A stretch of DNA of 64,000 nucleotides from Octopus sinensis. Taxonomy: Eukaryota. The position numbers were made by a program, and so were the translations under genes. Below the pieces are notes generated by a model. The model saw only the letters and a list, made by a program, of their open reading frames with translations. It was not told the origin of the DNA and ran no database searches. Shown here in pieces: positions 24,811-37,524 of this stretch. Numbering within the stretch: the stretch's first letter is position 1; every line of letters begins with the position of its first letter. Location: positions 97,960,001 through 98,024,000 of the forward strand of contig NC_042997.1 in NCBI RefSeq assembly GCF_006345805.1. Direction: 5' to 3'.

Positions 24811-25206
24811 AGTAAAAAAAAAAAAACTGGAAAGGCTGGCGTGTTTTTTTGTTTTTTAAATGAACAAAACAAACTAACTCGCAGCCTTCAAATTGCACCA
24901 ACTGCAGGGGAAAATTGTAAAGCTTAAAAAAGATTCTCTGTTTGTAATCATACACATACACTCGTTCATTAAAAAAAGCTTGTTTACATGTTATATAATT
25001 TCAAGTATAGCTACATATGCACACACAATAACACATATTCACAAACTGTTTAACCCTAACAAAACAGCCTCGTCGCTTTGATAGTGACCGACCTCAACTC
25101 ACCAAACGACTTTAGAGATATCAAAGAAAATGTACGCACGGGCACACTACATACAAGCATACATACCTAATACATACATACATACATACATACATACATA
25201 CATACA

Positions 25207-25237
<31 letters not shown>

Positions 25238-25520
25238 TCTCATTTCTTTTTGTGCAAAAGCATGTAGCAGTTCGTATAATAGTTTTTGAACTAGATCAGT
25301 CTTGTATCGAATGTATGGTCTCTCTCTGTCTCTCCCCTTTCTCTCTCTTTCACACACACAAAAACACATAGATTCTCTGTTTGCGCACGCGTACACACGC
25401 GCACACACGCACACGCACACACACTCAGACACACACATATAACAAGCAAATTAGCTATTTAGAAAATCTCTGTTAGAGATGAAATCAATAACAATACTGA
25501 GAAGCAATATTTATTGCCAC

Positions 25521-25828
25521 TTAAACATGGCTGTTGTGTAGGAACCGACGTTACTGCTATTTTTAACCCCAAGAGGATGCCTCCTCCAGCTGGTTACTCA
25601 ACGGAATTTGCACCCGATATATGTTGTATTCAGGGGTGTGAACCCCTACAAACATCCAGCCATGAGACCATCTGACCGTGCTGTTTCGACCTCTTTGTGG
25701 TTATCTTCGGTGGTGGATAATCGTCCGTTAGAGGTAGAAATATCAGGTGCAGATTGCATCGAATAACCAGCTGGAGGAGGCGTTAAAAATAGCAGTAACG
25801 TCGGTTCCCACGGAACAGCCATGTTTAA
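25521..25828. mobile_element. foldback element with a hammerhead-like remnant in the spacer
   Basis: arms about 25521-25620 and 25740-25828 (ttaaacatggctgtt..ggaaccgacgttactgctatt..gcctcctccagctggtta); spacer on minus strand CCGAAGA-UAACC..GGUC-GAAA-C..GUC. Confidence 0.75.
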
Positions 25829-25948
25829 ATGACGATAAACATTAGTCCTATACACACACACACACATACACATACCACATATACATACATACATACATAC
25901 ATACATACATACATACATACATACATAAATACATATATAAATACATTC

Positions 25949-25979
<31 letters not shown>

Positions 25980-25986
25980 TATCACT

Positions 25987-26016
<30 letters not shown>

Positions 26017-26019
<3 letters not shown>

Positions 26020-26580
26020 CATCATGCAGTGCCGGGCCCACACTCTCATGGCTTCTCATCTTAACTGATTGACAGTGTTATCATGTACATTGCTTTGTCT
26101 TGGTATAAAAGATGGGTTACGGCAAATATTCTCCTCAAATCACAGATTTGCTTGTCAGGTGTTTTGACCATGACCAGTTGAGCATGTTCCTTAGTGACTG
26201 ACGATATGTGCATCTCTGATCACAAGCAGAAGTAGTGGGGAAGCATCATAGCCATGTGTTGAGAGGAACTCTTTGGTGTTTGGATAATTCACCTCTGTAA
26301 ACATGGGTGTTTCATTCAACATTCTTAAACAACCCTTTTAACATTCAGGGACCTTTTGAGCAGGATTGGTTACTCGACCTGAATAAAATTCTAACTGGGT
26401 CCCACTTGCAAGGCCATGCGCTATTAATCTTGATATGGAATCACCATGTCGTGCGCATATGGTTGTGATGCATGTGCCTGGTGTAACCTTATCAGACGGG
26501 TTGTCATGATGGGTTTACTGGGCTTCGTATATTCTACTCCAGTGTGACTTTGATGGCATGCATAGCTCTCATACTCAATA
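26017..26580 (-). mobile_element. ~565-bp non-coding retroposon inserted in (AAT)n
   Basis: (AAT)n on both sides; 5' end shared with 1-100; 3' part shared with 17935-18137. Confidence 0.8.
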
Positions 26581-26589
26581 GCAATAATA

Positions 26590-26790
26590 ATGGTTTTAAA
26601 TTTTGGCACAAGGCCAGCACATTTGGGGAGGAGCTAAGTCGATTAAATCAATTCCAGTGTTCAACTGGTGCTCATTTTATCGACTCCGAAAGGATGAAAG
26701 TCGACCCCGGCGGAATTTGAACTCAGAACGTGTAGACGGACGAAATGCGGCTAAGCATTTACTCGGCGTGCTAATGAGTATACCAGCAAT
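26590..26790 (-). mobile_element. SINE S1
   Basis: consensus blocks. Confidence 0.88.
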
Positions 26791-26799
26791 CTGTATATG

Positions 26800-27330
26800 G
26801 AAGTAAGTAGATTGAAGAAAGTGGATTAAACTTTGCCAACTGGGCGGACTCGGAAGGTGAATAAAATACTGAAAGCAGTTAAGACTGGAACAAATAGATT
26901 GATTAAAACTTGTATCATCTACATAGGAAGGAAAGTAGGTATTGGACCGAACCGTACAAGAGGAAATGTAACGAATGAGGCTCGGTGGAAAAGAATGATA
27001 AAACAATCAATAAACGAACTACGAAAACGTATCAACATCTTGGAAAGAAACAAGATGAAATCTGGAAGAAGGAAAATATCAGGAGCTAAAACGTAGATAT
27101 AGGATCAAGCAATATTGAGAAGTACAAGCCACTGAAAGATGATATTGTATGAATGTGGGCAATGAAGAAAGGAAGTATCATTCCAATAATTGTAGGAGCT
27201 TTAGGAGCATTAACAACCAGGTTTGAGAAATCTGTTAGAAAAATTGGGATTGGTATGAGGGTAGAACATGTTCAGAAAACTGCTTTATTGGGGACAGCGA
27301 AGATTTCGATATCGGTATTTGAATATTAAG
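26800..27330 (+). mobile_element. R4/Dong-like LINE relic: N-terminal region fused to the RLE C-terminus, RT absent
   Basis: KVNKILK..CIIYIGRKVG..RWKRMIKQSINELRKRINILER..YQELKRRYRIK then EKYKPLKDDIV*MWAMKK..IPIIVGALGA..HVQKTALLGTAKI. Confidence 0.78.
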
Positions 27331-28629
27331 TATCGTGGAGCTTTTGACGAAGTAAGGTATTCCCTGGAAGCATAGCTAAACCATAATGTTTTGTAAAATT
27401 ATTCATAATATTAGAACTAAAAGCACCGCCGAAGAATCTTCATAACATCTTACCGACGATGTCTAGTATAACTTCCCACTAATCACCTGGTCAATACGAA
27501 GCATGTTCTGCTGCCACTGTTTTCCTGTAGATGGAACTATGAGGGCCTGCTGACGTTACAGGTGTCCATCCTGCACCTATGCTTTATCTAAGACTGTAAG
27601 AAAGAATACAACGCTAGCTTCACCCAGGAATTCTTGCAGATGCTGTAGTCATAGGATATAAATGTATATTAGCAAACTAGGTACCGGCAAGAAATGTATT
27701 TTTTGACTAGCTAATGAGCTTTCTGACAATGGTTTCATTTCTACTAAAGCCAAAAGTACGGAGGATCCAATTTTGCCACAGTCTTTGGGACAAGCAAACA
27801 TGTCAAGTTGAAGTAGACAAAGTTTACGATCAAACTTTGTTTAACTCAGTCCAACATTTTAAGGGCAGGTTACTTTCGACCAATTTCTAAGTGGGTTTTG
27901 CTATACTGAATTTGCCACTCTGTCTTGAGCTTATCCGTGATGCAATATGCATAGAAAGGTATTTAGCATGCGGTCGTCGTGAACATCCATGCAGGCATGC
28001 ATCCATCCATATCTACATACATACATACATACTTGAATAGTTCTCTGTTGCTACAAGAATTATCCAAGTAAACAATATAAGAAAACTATGACTCATAATA
28101 GCAAATATTGATTTTTGAATTTGGCACTACGCCGAAAATATTCCGAGAACGTGTGTAGCCAGCTTCATCGATGGAGTTCGAGTAGTTAATTTCATCATAT
28201 ATTAAAGAAAACTTTGACCTCGTTTGGATGTGAAATTAGATGTAATAAAAAAAGTAAATAAAATAAACTGAAAAGCATTTATTAAAGACACCGATGTTTT
28301 TGCAACTCCACTATCGCTATTACCAACAAAATATTACAGTTAGTTACTACAAAAATTTTAGGTGATAGTAATTAAATAAATAAAAAAAAATTGTGATCGC
28401 GTAAATGTGCTGTCAAGTAGCCTATGCGGTTGTTTGACAAGTTAGAAGAAGAAACGAATTTCCCTCAAATGATACCCTACATTCTTGAGTAAGGAAACTA
28501 CATATCAGATAATGTATTCTATCAAATAACGTCAACAAAAGATACTGTTAGGATTAAAATAAAAGTAGGAATTACGATACATATTATTCGGTAGAGAATT
28601 CATATATCTTAAGTATGTGCGAGTGCTCA

Positions 28630-29050
28630 ATATTTATTTCTTTATTGCCCACAGGGGGCGAAACATAGAGGGGACAAACAAGGAAAGACAAGGGGATTAA
28701 GTCGATTACATCGACCCCAGTGCGTAACTGGTACTTATTTAATCGACCCCGAAAGGATGAAAGGCAAAGTCGACCTCGGCGGAGTTTGAACTCAGAACGT
28801 AACGGCAGAGGAAATACCTATTTCTTTACTACCCACAAGGGGCTAAACACAGAGAGGACAAACAAGGACAGACAAACGGATTAAGTCGATTATATCGAGC
28901 CCAGTGCGTAACTGGTACTTATTTAATCGACCCCGGAAGGATGAAAGGCAAAGTCAACCTCGGCGGAATTTGAACTGAGAACGTAACGGCAGACGAAATA
29001 TCGCTAAGCATTTTGCCCGACGTGCTAACGATTCTACCAGCTCACCGCCC
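28630..29050 (-). mobile_element. dimeric SINE S1
   Basis: two tandem bodies joined at gaaatacc|tatttcttta; only the right-hand unit keeps the tRNA head. Confidence 0.92.
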
Positions 29051-29059
29051 TAACGAGTG

Positions 29060-29062
<3 letters not shown>

Positions 29063-29113
<51 letters not shown>

Positions 29114-29118
29114 ATTAA

Positions 29119-29162
<44 letters not shown>
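29063..29162. repeat. (ATT)n microsatellite
   Basis: directly visible. Confidence 0.95.
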
Positions 29163-29164
<2 letters not shown>

Positions 29165-29229
29165 CTTGTTGTTGTGTTCTTATTACGTTAGTGTATGCTA
29201 ATCTAGTTGGCATGTATTTTATCACGAGT

Positions 29230-29610
29230 TTTGGTGTCAACAAGTTTCCTCAAATCTCAAGAATCTTGCTTAGAATTCTCTCAGAATATAGCATGATATT
29301 TCTGTAGATTAACAATGCAAGTTTCAGTTCATATCTTCATCAGTCTTTTAGCATTTTGAGTGCTGTGCCAGGTGCACCGTTGGTTCAAGGATAATTGTTG
29401 TCTTGATTTTCTCAGCTCTCTAGTTAGATCCATATATTTCTCAGTTTTTTCAATTTGTTATCGACTCTGCGATCATAGGCAATTTCGAAATCTATTATCT
29501 TACACTGTTTATTTTGTCTTTTATGATCATATCTGGCCTTCTTGCTTCAACAGTATGGTCAGTCTTTATGGGGAAATCCCACAAGATCTATAATTCTCAT
29601 TTTCTACTAT
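29230..29610 (-). mobile_element. R4/Dong-like RLE domain fragment
   Basis: ILWDFPIKTDHTVEARRPDMIIKDK..CKIIDF..KYMDLTREL..GAPGT. Confidence 0.8.
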
Positions 29611-30038
29611 TACGTCTTCAAGGTCTCTTTGAGATAAACAAATTCGGTTGGCTCCTTGCTCTCTTGTGATCCTATTTACATCTCGTGAACGACAAAGACA
29701 AAGAATGGAATGATGATATCAAACACTAAATTGGGAGGATCTTAACGAAGTGTTCGGTTGCTTTCGCCGACTGCAGAGTTTTTGCGAGGCTTGGTGGTTG
29801 TGTCTGAGGCACACAATTCTCAGCAAAGGGATGGAAATATTCATTCATAGGTGTGTGTGTAAGTTTGCATATATACGTATATGCACATATGCGTGTGGGT
29901 ATGTGTGCGCATACTTATATATACATATATGCATACACGTATACATACATAAATACACACACGCACACACACATGTATGTATGTATGTATGTAGTATGTA
30001 TGTATGTATGTATGTATGTATGTATGTATGTATGTATG

Positions 30039-30076
<38 letters not shown>

Positions 30077-30234
30077 TGACTGTCTATGAGATTTTGGGAA
30101 TATATAAAATGCATTTTGAGTTCTGATAGAGTTTTGAAATGAGTATTTGACTTTAATGTTAGAATAATAAGAGATAAATTTTGTAATATGTGGACATTCT
30201 GTATACTATACAATTACACATTACTATATATTTT

Positions 30235-30910
30235 TTATTTATTTGTTTCAGTCATTAGACTGCAACCAGGCTGGGGCACCGCCTTGCAGAATTTTTTGGG
30301 TGGAACGAATCGACTCCAGTTGAGCCTGGTACTTATTCTATCGCTAGTTGTCAATCAGTAGTGGGGGATAAACACAGACGCGAAGAGGCACACACATAGG
30401 TATTTACATATATACAATGGGCTTCTTTCGGTTTCCGCCACCAGATGCATTCACAAGGCTTTGCTTGGTCCAAGGCTATAGTAAAGGATACTTGCCCAAA
30501 GTGCTACGCAGTGGGACTGAACCCAGAACCAGTGGTTGCGAAGCAACCTCCCTACCACACAGCCACGCCATTCTTTTATTAATTTATTCATTAATTCTTA
30601 TACTTGTTTCAGTCATGGAACTGTAGCCATACAGAAGCACCGCCTGAAAGTTTTAGGTAACCAAATCCACCTTAGAATATATCCACCCCAGTACTTATTT
30701 AAAAAAAATTCCAGTACTTATTCGTTTTTACTTCAGGTACAAGGCCCGAAATTTTTGGGGAGGCGGCCAGTCGATGAGATCGACTTCAGTATGCAACTGG
30801 TACATAATTTATACGTATATATGCGTGTGTGTGCGTGTGTGTGTGTGTATACACACACGACGGGCGGGCTTCCACTCAGTTTCAGTCTACCATATACACC
30901 GACACGACAT
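30235..30910 (-). mobile_element. cluster of S2 copy (30235-30570) plus S2 and S1 fragments
   Basis: repeated ttgtttcagtca tails at about 30243 and 30605; S1 tail at about 30735-30805; S2 mid-piece at 30858-30910. Confidence 0.8.
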
Positions 30911-31542
30911 TGGTGTATGTTAATTGCGGAAGAGTACTAATTCCCAGTCACAAATCTTCTTGGTCGATCGAATACAAGTGTTTATAGAGTCATCCTGAAA
31001 GGCTCGACAACTTGATCCGAAGACAACTTGATCCGAAAATAACATCATAATTCCTCTTTTTACTACTTCTACATCAAAACGATGAAAGCCACACGTATAC
31101 ATACGACCCCTACACACTTGTACACCTATGTACATGCATATACTCATGTACAAACATTCTTCTCCCACCCCGTACGCGCTGCCTCCTGATATGGTGTTTG
31201 TCTCAAGCTTTGGCTCTCAGAGACTTCTATATAAATTCATCGAAGTTTCTACTATCAAGGTTTAAGTGCTTAATGTGCAACTGACTCTTGACTGAACTGA
31301 ACCGTATTTACTTAGAATATCATGATTGCATGTTTGCGCTGATAGAAAGAAGAAAGCTTTCATAAATCAATAGTCATGATAGCATTGATTTATGATTGGC
31401 AGCTACCAAGAAGGAAGACATTTCAATAAATGCCCTAAAACATACTAGAGAGTATCTGTGGCTGCACTTAAAAAATCGAATACTATTATTTCTATTAACA
31501 CATGCTTTTACTTATTTAGCAAGCCAACAATGAAGTACTTAC

Positions 31543-31663
31543 CTGTTTATCTATATTTTCTTATTTCGTTTTGGTTTTAGTTGACTGGTCAGTGTTAGAA
31601 ACATATTTCTCACTTCGATTATCATTTTTTATTTTTGTTTCAAAGCACTAAAACTTATTCAAC
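31543..31663 (-). other. candidate 121-nt non-coding exon
   Basis: acceptor ttttattactgtttatctgttttttatataatcag|G and donor CAG|GTAAGT; stops in all three frames. Confidence 0.3.
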
Positions 31664-32732
31664 CTGATTATATAAAAAACAGATAAACAGTAATAAAACA
31701 ATATTTTTCATGTGTGGGTGGAACATTTGGAGCAAAGAGTTGGTGATCGTATTACGCTACTTACAATATTCAGTGTGGAAGCTTTCTGTGTTAAGCTGAA
31801 ATGCCACTAAGTCAAATTTGCCTTTTATTTCCACCTACATCGATGAAATAATAATACACTTGGATATAATAAGTGGCGGATAAATATCCTCTTTTATGAG
31901 TTCAAAGGATTCATTATCATACAGTATTCCTCGTCGTGAACATCGTCTTTTAGCGTCATGCTTTCGGAGACCGGAGTCTATATGTCTATATCTGAATGTT
32001 TTTCATACTTAGAATCTGTATGTCTAATTTGCAAATGGAAATACATAAACAACTCCTGAATTTTAAGATAAGGAACATATATTATAATGAAAGATTGTTT
32101 CTATAAAATCATTGTGGAGATAATTTCGTTTCGTTTTAAAGTAAAGACAATCATTACAGAAAGAAACTGTCGGTTATAATGTTTAAGTAGAGCAGATGCC
32201 ATCTGTGTCATATCTGGAATGTCTTCTGCCCCAAAGGCATAATAAGAAAATAAATTATTCAGGAAGATACTTCTTGCATACATTGAGAAGCATCTGTAAA
32301 ATCAAGCAGATGTACGTTGTGAATTTAATATCAATTCCCAGGATCTTCAAAACAATCATTGATCTAGCCAGCCTTACTTCAACACAACAGCGTTGATTTT
32401 ACCTACTAAATTACATTGATTAGTTAAAACTGAAGGCAATAGTAGTAGTCTCTGAGACAGCTACATCTATACATATATCATCAACACAACCACATCAAGA
32501 ACAACGTTAGTGTCTGTGATAAAGTTTGAGATTAAAATATCGTTATAATCTTTGAAATAGTTACGATGTCTTCTATTTAGTCGTAATAGAGACAGAAAAG
32601 AAACAATAATAACAACAACAACAATAACAATAATAATAAAGCAATCCTACGATCTAAAAGATAATGATGTGTATATCTCAAGAACATGCGAGCCAACTAA
32701 AGAACTTCTGCATACATACACGACCTACTAAT

Positions 32733-32929
32733 GATGGTTCCAAATTTTGGCCCAAGGCTAGCAATGTCGAGGGAGGAGGTAAGTGCTCAAGTGGTACTTA
32801 CTTCATCCTCACCGAAAAGATGAAAGGAAAAGTCGGCCTCGGTGGAATTTGAATTCAGAACGTAAAGACAGACGAAATGCCGCTAAGCATTTTGCCCGGC
32901 GTGCTAACGACTCTGCCAGCTTGCTGTTT
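32733..32929 (-). mobile_element. SINE S1 with 16-bp target-site duplication
   Basis: tacacgacctactaat at 32717-32732 and 32930-32945. Confidence 0.9.
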
Positions 32930-33479
32930 TACACGACCTACTAATAAGAATTGCTAACTCTCTCTCAAATTGTACCCAATCGTTTTAGAAACATAAAGAA
33001 ACATTGAATAATATTCTTCTCGAAATACAACGTTAACAGCTGGATCATCTTTGATCTTCTCTGATTTGATTGATCTGAGTTGACCTGATGCAATTATGGT
33101 GGAGGTGCCCCAGATGTCGAAATAGAAACACGTCGGAAACATTTAAGAAGGCATAAACAAAAACGGAAGTAAAAATCAAAAACAAAAGGAATAAGACAAA
33201 AACAATAATAAAAAAATAATAGTTTCTGATTTAGGAACAAGGCCAGAACATTGAGCTGAAGAGAAGCAATCGATGCCCTCGACTCAGTACTTGATTAGCA
33301 CTTTGTTTTATAGAACACGGATGGGATTTGAACTCAATTTTTGACAACGCGGGTATATTGTTAATATAACATGATAATTTTTGTATTAGTAAACAGTCAT
33401 CAAGGGCATTTTATTTGTTTTAAGTTTACATAGCTGTTTTAGGTCATGTATTCCTATTATCTTAATACGTATGTACCCG

Positions 33480-33646
33480 TGGATGGATGGATGGATGCAT
33501 GCATGCATGCATCCATCCATCCATGTATGTATGTATGTATGTATGTATGTATGTATGTATGTATGTATGTATGTATGTATGTATGTATGTATTTATATGT
33601 GTATGTATATTTATGTCTATGTACATATGTGTGTATACTTTATTCC

Positions 33647-33717
<71 letters not shown>

Positions 33718-33760
33718 GTCTATCCATACATCCATCCATCCATCCATCCATCAATTCATA
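33480..33760. repeat. (GGAT)/(TATG)n/(TATC)n/(CATC)n compound microsatellite
   Basis: directly visible. Confidence 0.95.
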
Positions 33761-34384
33761 CATGTATACATACGCACATGCATATATACATATATTTGAA
33801 TATAAAAGATGTCTCAAACGATATGCCATGTTAAAATACAAGATATACATACTAAAATAAACACCATATACGACGCTATGCTACAGAGTGGTTCCAGGGT
33901 ACTTAATCAACAATTGAAATGTCATTAACTTCAGTATGTCAACAGTTTGTAAATATGTTTAGAAAAACATGCATCTGCATAAAGCAATACTCAGGTTACA
34001 TACGTGCTAAGATTTAATTTTTTTTTTCTGCTTGGAGTCAGCTCGAACACAATGTTGAAGACTCTCTTTCCATAACGAAAAACATCGAATTTTGTGGCGG
34101 TGAGTGACAACATTATCGTTCAAAGTCAATTTGTATGGAGCTTTTAGGTGTTGCTGCTGTGCATAAATATTCTTAGTTTTTATTGTTCTAGCATCTCTTT
34201 AGTGCTGTCTACATTGCTGCCCATTATCAACAATTGGATATTTTCGCTGGTCTGACAAATTTATGAGAAATAGGAGGTGTGTGATGGTCTGTGGACTCGT
34301 ACAATGGTGTAGTGTAACACATCAACTATTATCTATATAATAATCTGTTTGTTCGTTCGCCCGTTATACTTTAGCTTGGTTAGA

Positions 34385-34705
34385 GAAGCGGAGGTGGAGT
34401 GAGAGGTGGAGGTGGAGTGAGTGAGAGATGGAAGTAGAGTGAGTGAGAGGTGGCGGTGGAGTGAGTGAGAAGTGGAGGTAGAGTGAGAGGCAGAGGTGGA
34501 GTGAGTGAGAGATGGAAGTAGAGTGAGTGAGAGGTGGCGGTGGAGTGAGTGAGAGGTGGAGGTAGAGTGAGAGGCAGAGGTGGAGTGAGTGAGAGATGGA
34601 AGTAGAGTGAGAGGTGGCGGTGGAGTGAGTGAGAGGTGGAGGTAGAGTGAGTGAGAGGTAGAGATGGAGTGAGTGAGAGGTGGAGGTGGAGTAAAAGTGA
34701 GAGAG
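34385..34705. repeat. purine-rich minisatellite built from gagtgagtgagaggtgg(a/c)gg / gagatggaagta modules
   Basis: directly visible higher-order repetition. Confidence 0.9.
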
Positions 34706-35649
34706 AAAGTGGGAATGCGAATAGGAAAGAAAGACGAGAAGAGTATAACACACTAAAGCCAAATGCATCATGTGGTTAGTTGAAGAGGGAGAAAAGAGCA
34801 AGAGAAAAAGACGGTAAGAGAAAAGTGGGAGAGAGAACTGTTAATGATGTGCTGTAGGGTGGGAGAGAAAGAGAGAAATATTTAAGACACGAAGAGGGGA
34901 ATTACATGGTTAAAAAGTTTGTTGAAGAGGTAGAGAGGAAGAGAGAAATATAAAGTGCTTAGGAGAGGGAAATTTTAAAACTATATGATAGACTATTGTG
35001 ACTGGAAGTGAAATAACTTAGCAAAATAAAAATAGGAGAAAGGATTCCATTAGCTACTTCTATTTGATTTCTGCATTTCATGAAAGCGGAAAACCAGATG
35101 CCTAGCCTCTTAGACATGCCATCAGCATTTTTCAGGTTGTAACATAAGATTCTTTATCAACAATCTTATAAAAAAATTTGACAAAATTAGGATGAACACA
35201 GTTAATCTTTGATCTAGGCTGCAGATTTGGTTGTGTTGTGGTAAGAGCTGTGTCGGACAGTTTCTTCTGTTATATGAATACTCAGACCATAACACTTACA
35301 AAAGTATGTGAAAAGGAATTAGGAATTAGTGAAAAGGAATTAGTATGTGAAAAGGAATTAGTTCTGTTATTGTCACTACTGTAAATCTTAAACACTATGG
35401 GTGGGGGCAGGAACCTAAATTAATATAACTAAGTATATCGATCTTTGCGATATGGAAAGATGGCTCATCTGGAAAAGTTCTTTAGGCTCCGTTACATGTT
35501 TAAATTCAAGAACTGAACATTTTAGATCGTGCCCACATACGACAAAATACTTGTTTGAGTTCAAATCCCATCAAGGTCAGCTTTGCCTTTCATCACTGCT
35601 GAAATCTACAAGTTTTTGTCATTCTTCCTCTGTTTATTTTCTCTTATTC

Positions 35650-35770
35650 CATTCTTTTGAAGAGCGTAGGCTCGAAACGTTTTCATTTTCCCCGAGCATC
35701 AAACTAATACACTTGCTAGTTGTTCATACACCTGTCTTCGTCTTTTGTTTTTCTATAAATTTCAAGGATA
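35650..35770 (+). mobile_element. family H repeat with hammerhead-like motif
   Basis: GAGC-GUAG-GCUC helix II followed by GAAACGUU; 5' core decayed to CUUUUGA; homologous to 23415-23545. Confidence 0.6.
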
Positions 35771-36139
35771 TATAAATAAATGTATGTATGTATGTGTGTG
35801 TGTGTGTGCACGCGCGCGCATGTGTGCGTGTGTGCTTTTGTGTTTGTTCTCCATCTTCGCTTGACAAACGTTGATGGTTTGTTTGCGTACACGTAAAAAA
35901 GTGGACGGTAGAATAGGTACGAGTCTTGAAAAGAAAATAAGTACTGAGATTAATTTCTTAGACTGAACCCTTTGCGGTTTAAAGTAATAAATAAAAGCAA
36001 TAAAGTAATAAATAAGTAATAAACAAGTAATGAATAAAATATTAAAGATACAGATCTTTGTGAGCAACATGAACCCAGCGTATATATGTAACATCACCTT
36101 GTAGGAGGATTTTAGTGGAACAGATCACCCTACTCCCCA

Positions 36140-36281
36140 GTTTTTAAAGCCTGATACTTATTCTATGGTTCCCTTTAGCTAAACCAGTCGTCAAGCATTG
36201 TTGTAGGACAAACACAGAAAGAAAGGCACACACACACACACACACACACACACACCACACACACACACACACACACACGCA

Positions 36282-36332
<51 letters not shown>

Positions 36333-36440
36333 AGGGCTTCCATACAGTTTCTGAACCAAATTCATACTCACAAGCATTGGTCCGCCTGGGGTTATAGTTG
36401 AAGGCACTTTTTCAAGGTACGTCGCATTCAGACTGAACAG
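36140..36440 (-). mobile_element. SINE S2, degenerate, with internal (CA)n
   Basis: atacttattctat..gtcaagc..acgaagggcttccatacagtt..caagcattggtc. Confidence 0.8.
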
Positions 36441-36619
36441 GAAACTGCACATAGTTAAACCTGGAGTAAAATCTTAGAATAAGCATGCATATCATGTAAT
36501 CAACTTCTATTCCCAAAAGCATACCTAATCGTTATATCGGGGAAAACGATGTAAATCAACAATATATGGAGCCGGATCATTCGAAAAACGAATATTATTT
36601 AATATAAGCATATATGCTA

Positions 36620-36832
36620 AAGCGGCGCGCTGGCAGAATCGTTAGCACGCCATGCAAAATGTTTAGGGGTATTTCATCTGTCTTTACGATCTGAGTTCGA
36701 ATTTAGCCGGGGTCGACTTTGCCTTTCATCCTTTCGGTGTCGATAACAAAGAACCTGTCAAGCACTGGGGTCAATGTTATCGACTTAGTCTCTCCATAAA
36801 ACTTGTTGGCCTTGTGCCAAAATTTGAAATCA
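36620..36832 (+). mobile_element. SINE S1
   Basis: consensus blocks. Confidence 0.88.
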
Positions 36833-37524
36833 ATAAATGCATATATACAGTAAACATGCACATAGTTGCATACATACATGTAAATGCGTGCACAATCGAA
36901 GGCAAACATACACACGCACAACTCTAAGCAAGCATACACGTACAAACGAGCACATGTGGCCAGCGCTTTAAAGAAAACGGTAAGCTATCTGTAAGCAAGA
37001 AAATTACACATAAATTTCGATATACGTTCGAAGATATAACGACTTCAGTTACATTGCCTTTCCAATTCATTTTAAATAGCAAAAGCATCATAAAAACTGA
37101 TTTTAACTTCATGCTGTACGCTTATATAATAAAAATCTTTTACTGTTGATTTCGGAGAATATATTACAAGATGTAATCTGATTCTGGTAAAACATTAAGA
37201 TATCAACTCATTAACTTCTTTGTATAGAAATATATAACGTGTGTGATAATGAAACATTATCTGAAAATAGTAAATGAATCCTATTCTTCTTCACCAACAC
37301 TTGGCAACACAATTCATCTGTCGTTTAACCTATATTCAGACACTTGAAAATCACTTAATCACGCTGTTGAACATAACATCAATTTTACTACTTACGCAAG
37401 CTTAGGTACGCTTGCAATACATACAGTTACTCAACGTTATGTTCTCTTTCGCTATTTAATTTAGAATAATTTTATCCAGCCGCCTACTTGGTCGCAAGGT
37501 TCTGAAGGAAAGCATCTTGTTTTA

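Noticed and set aside
34385-34705. Regularly spaced repeats as a CRISPR array
   Set aside because: There are no unique spacers or cas genes, and the context is eukaryotic; it is a minisatellite.
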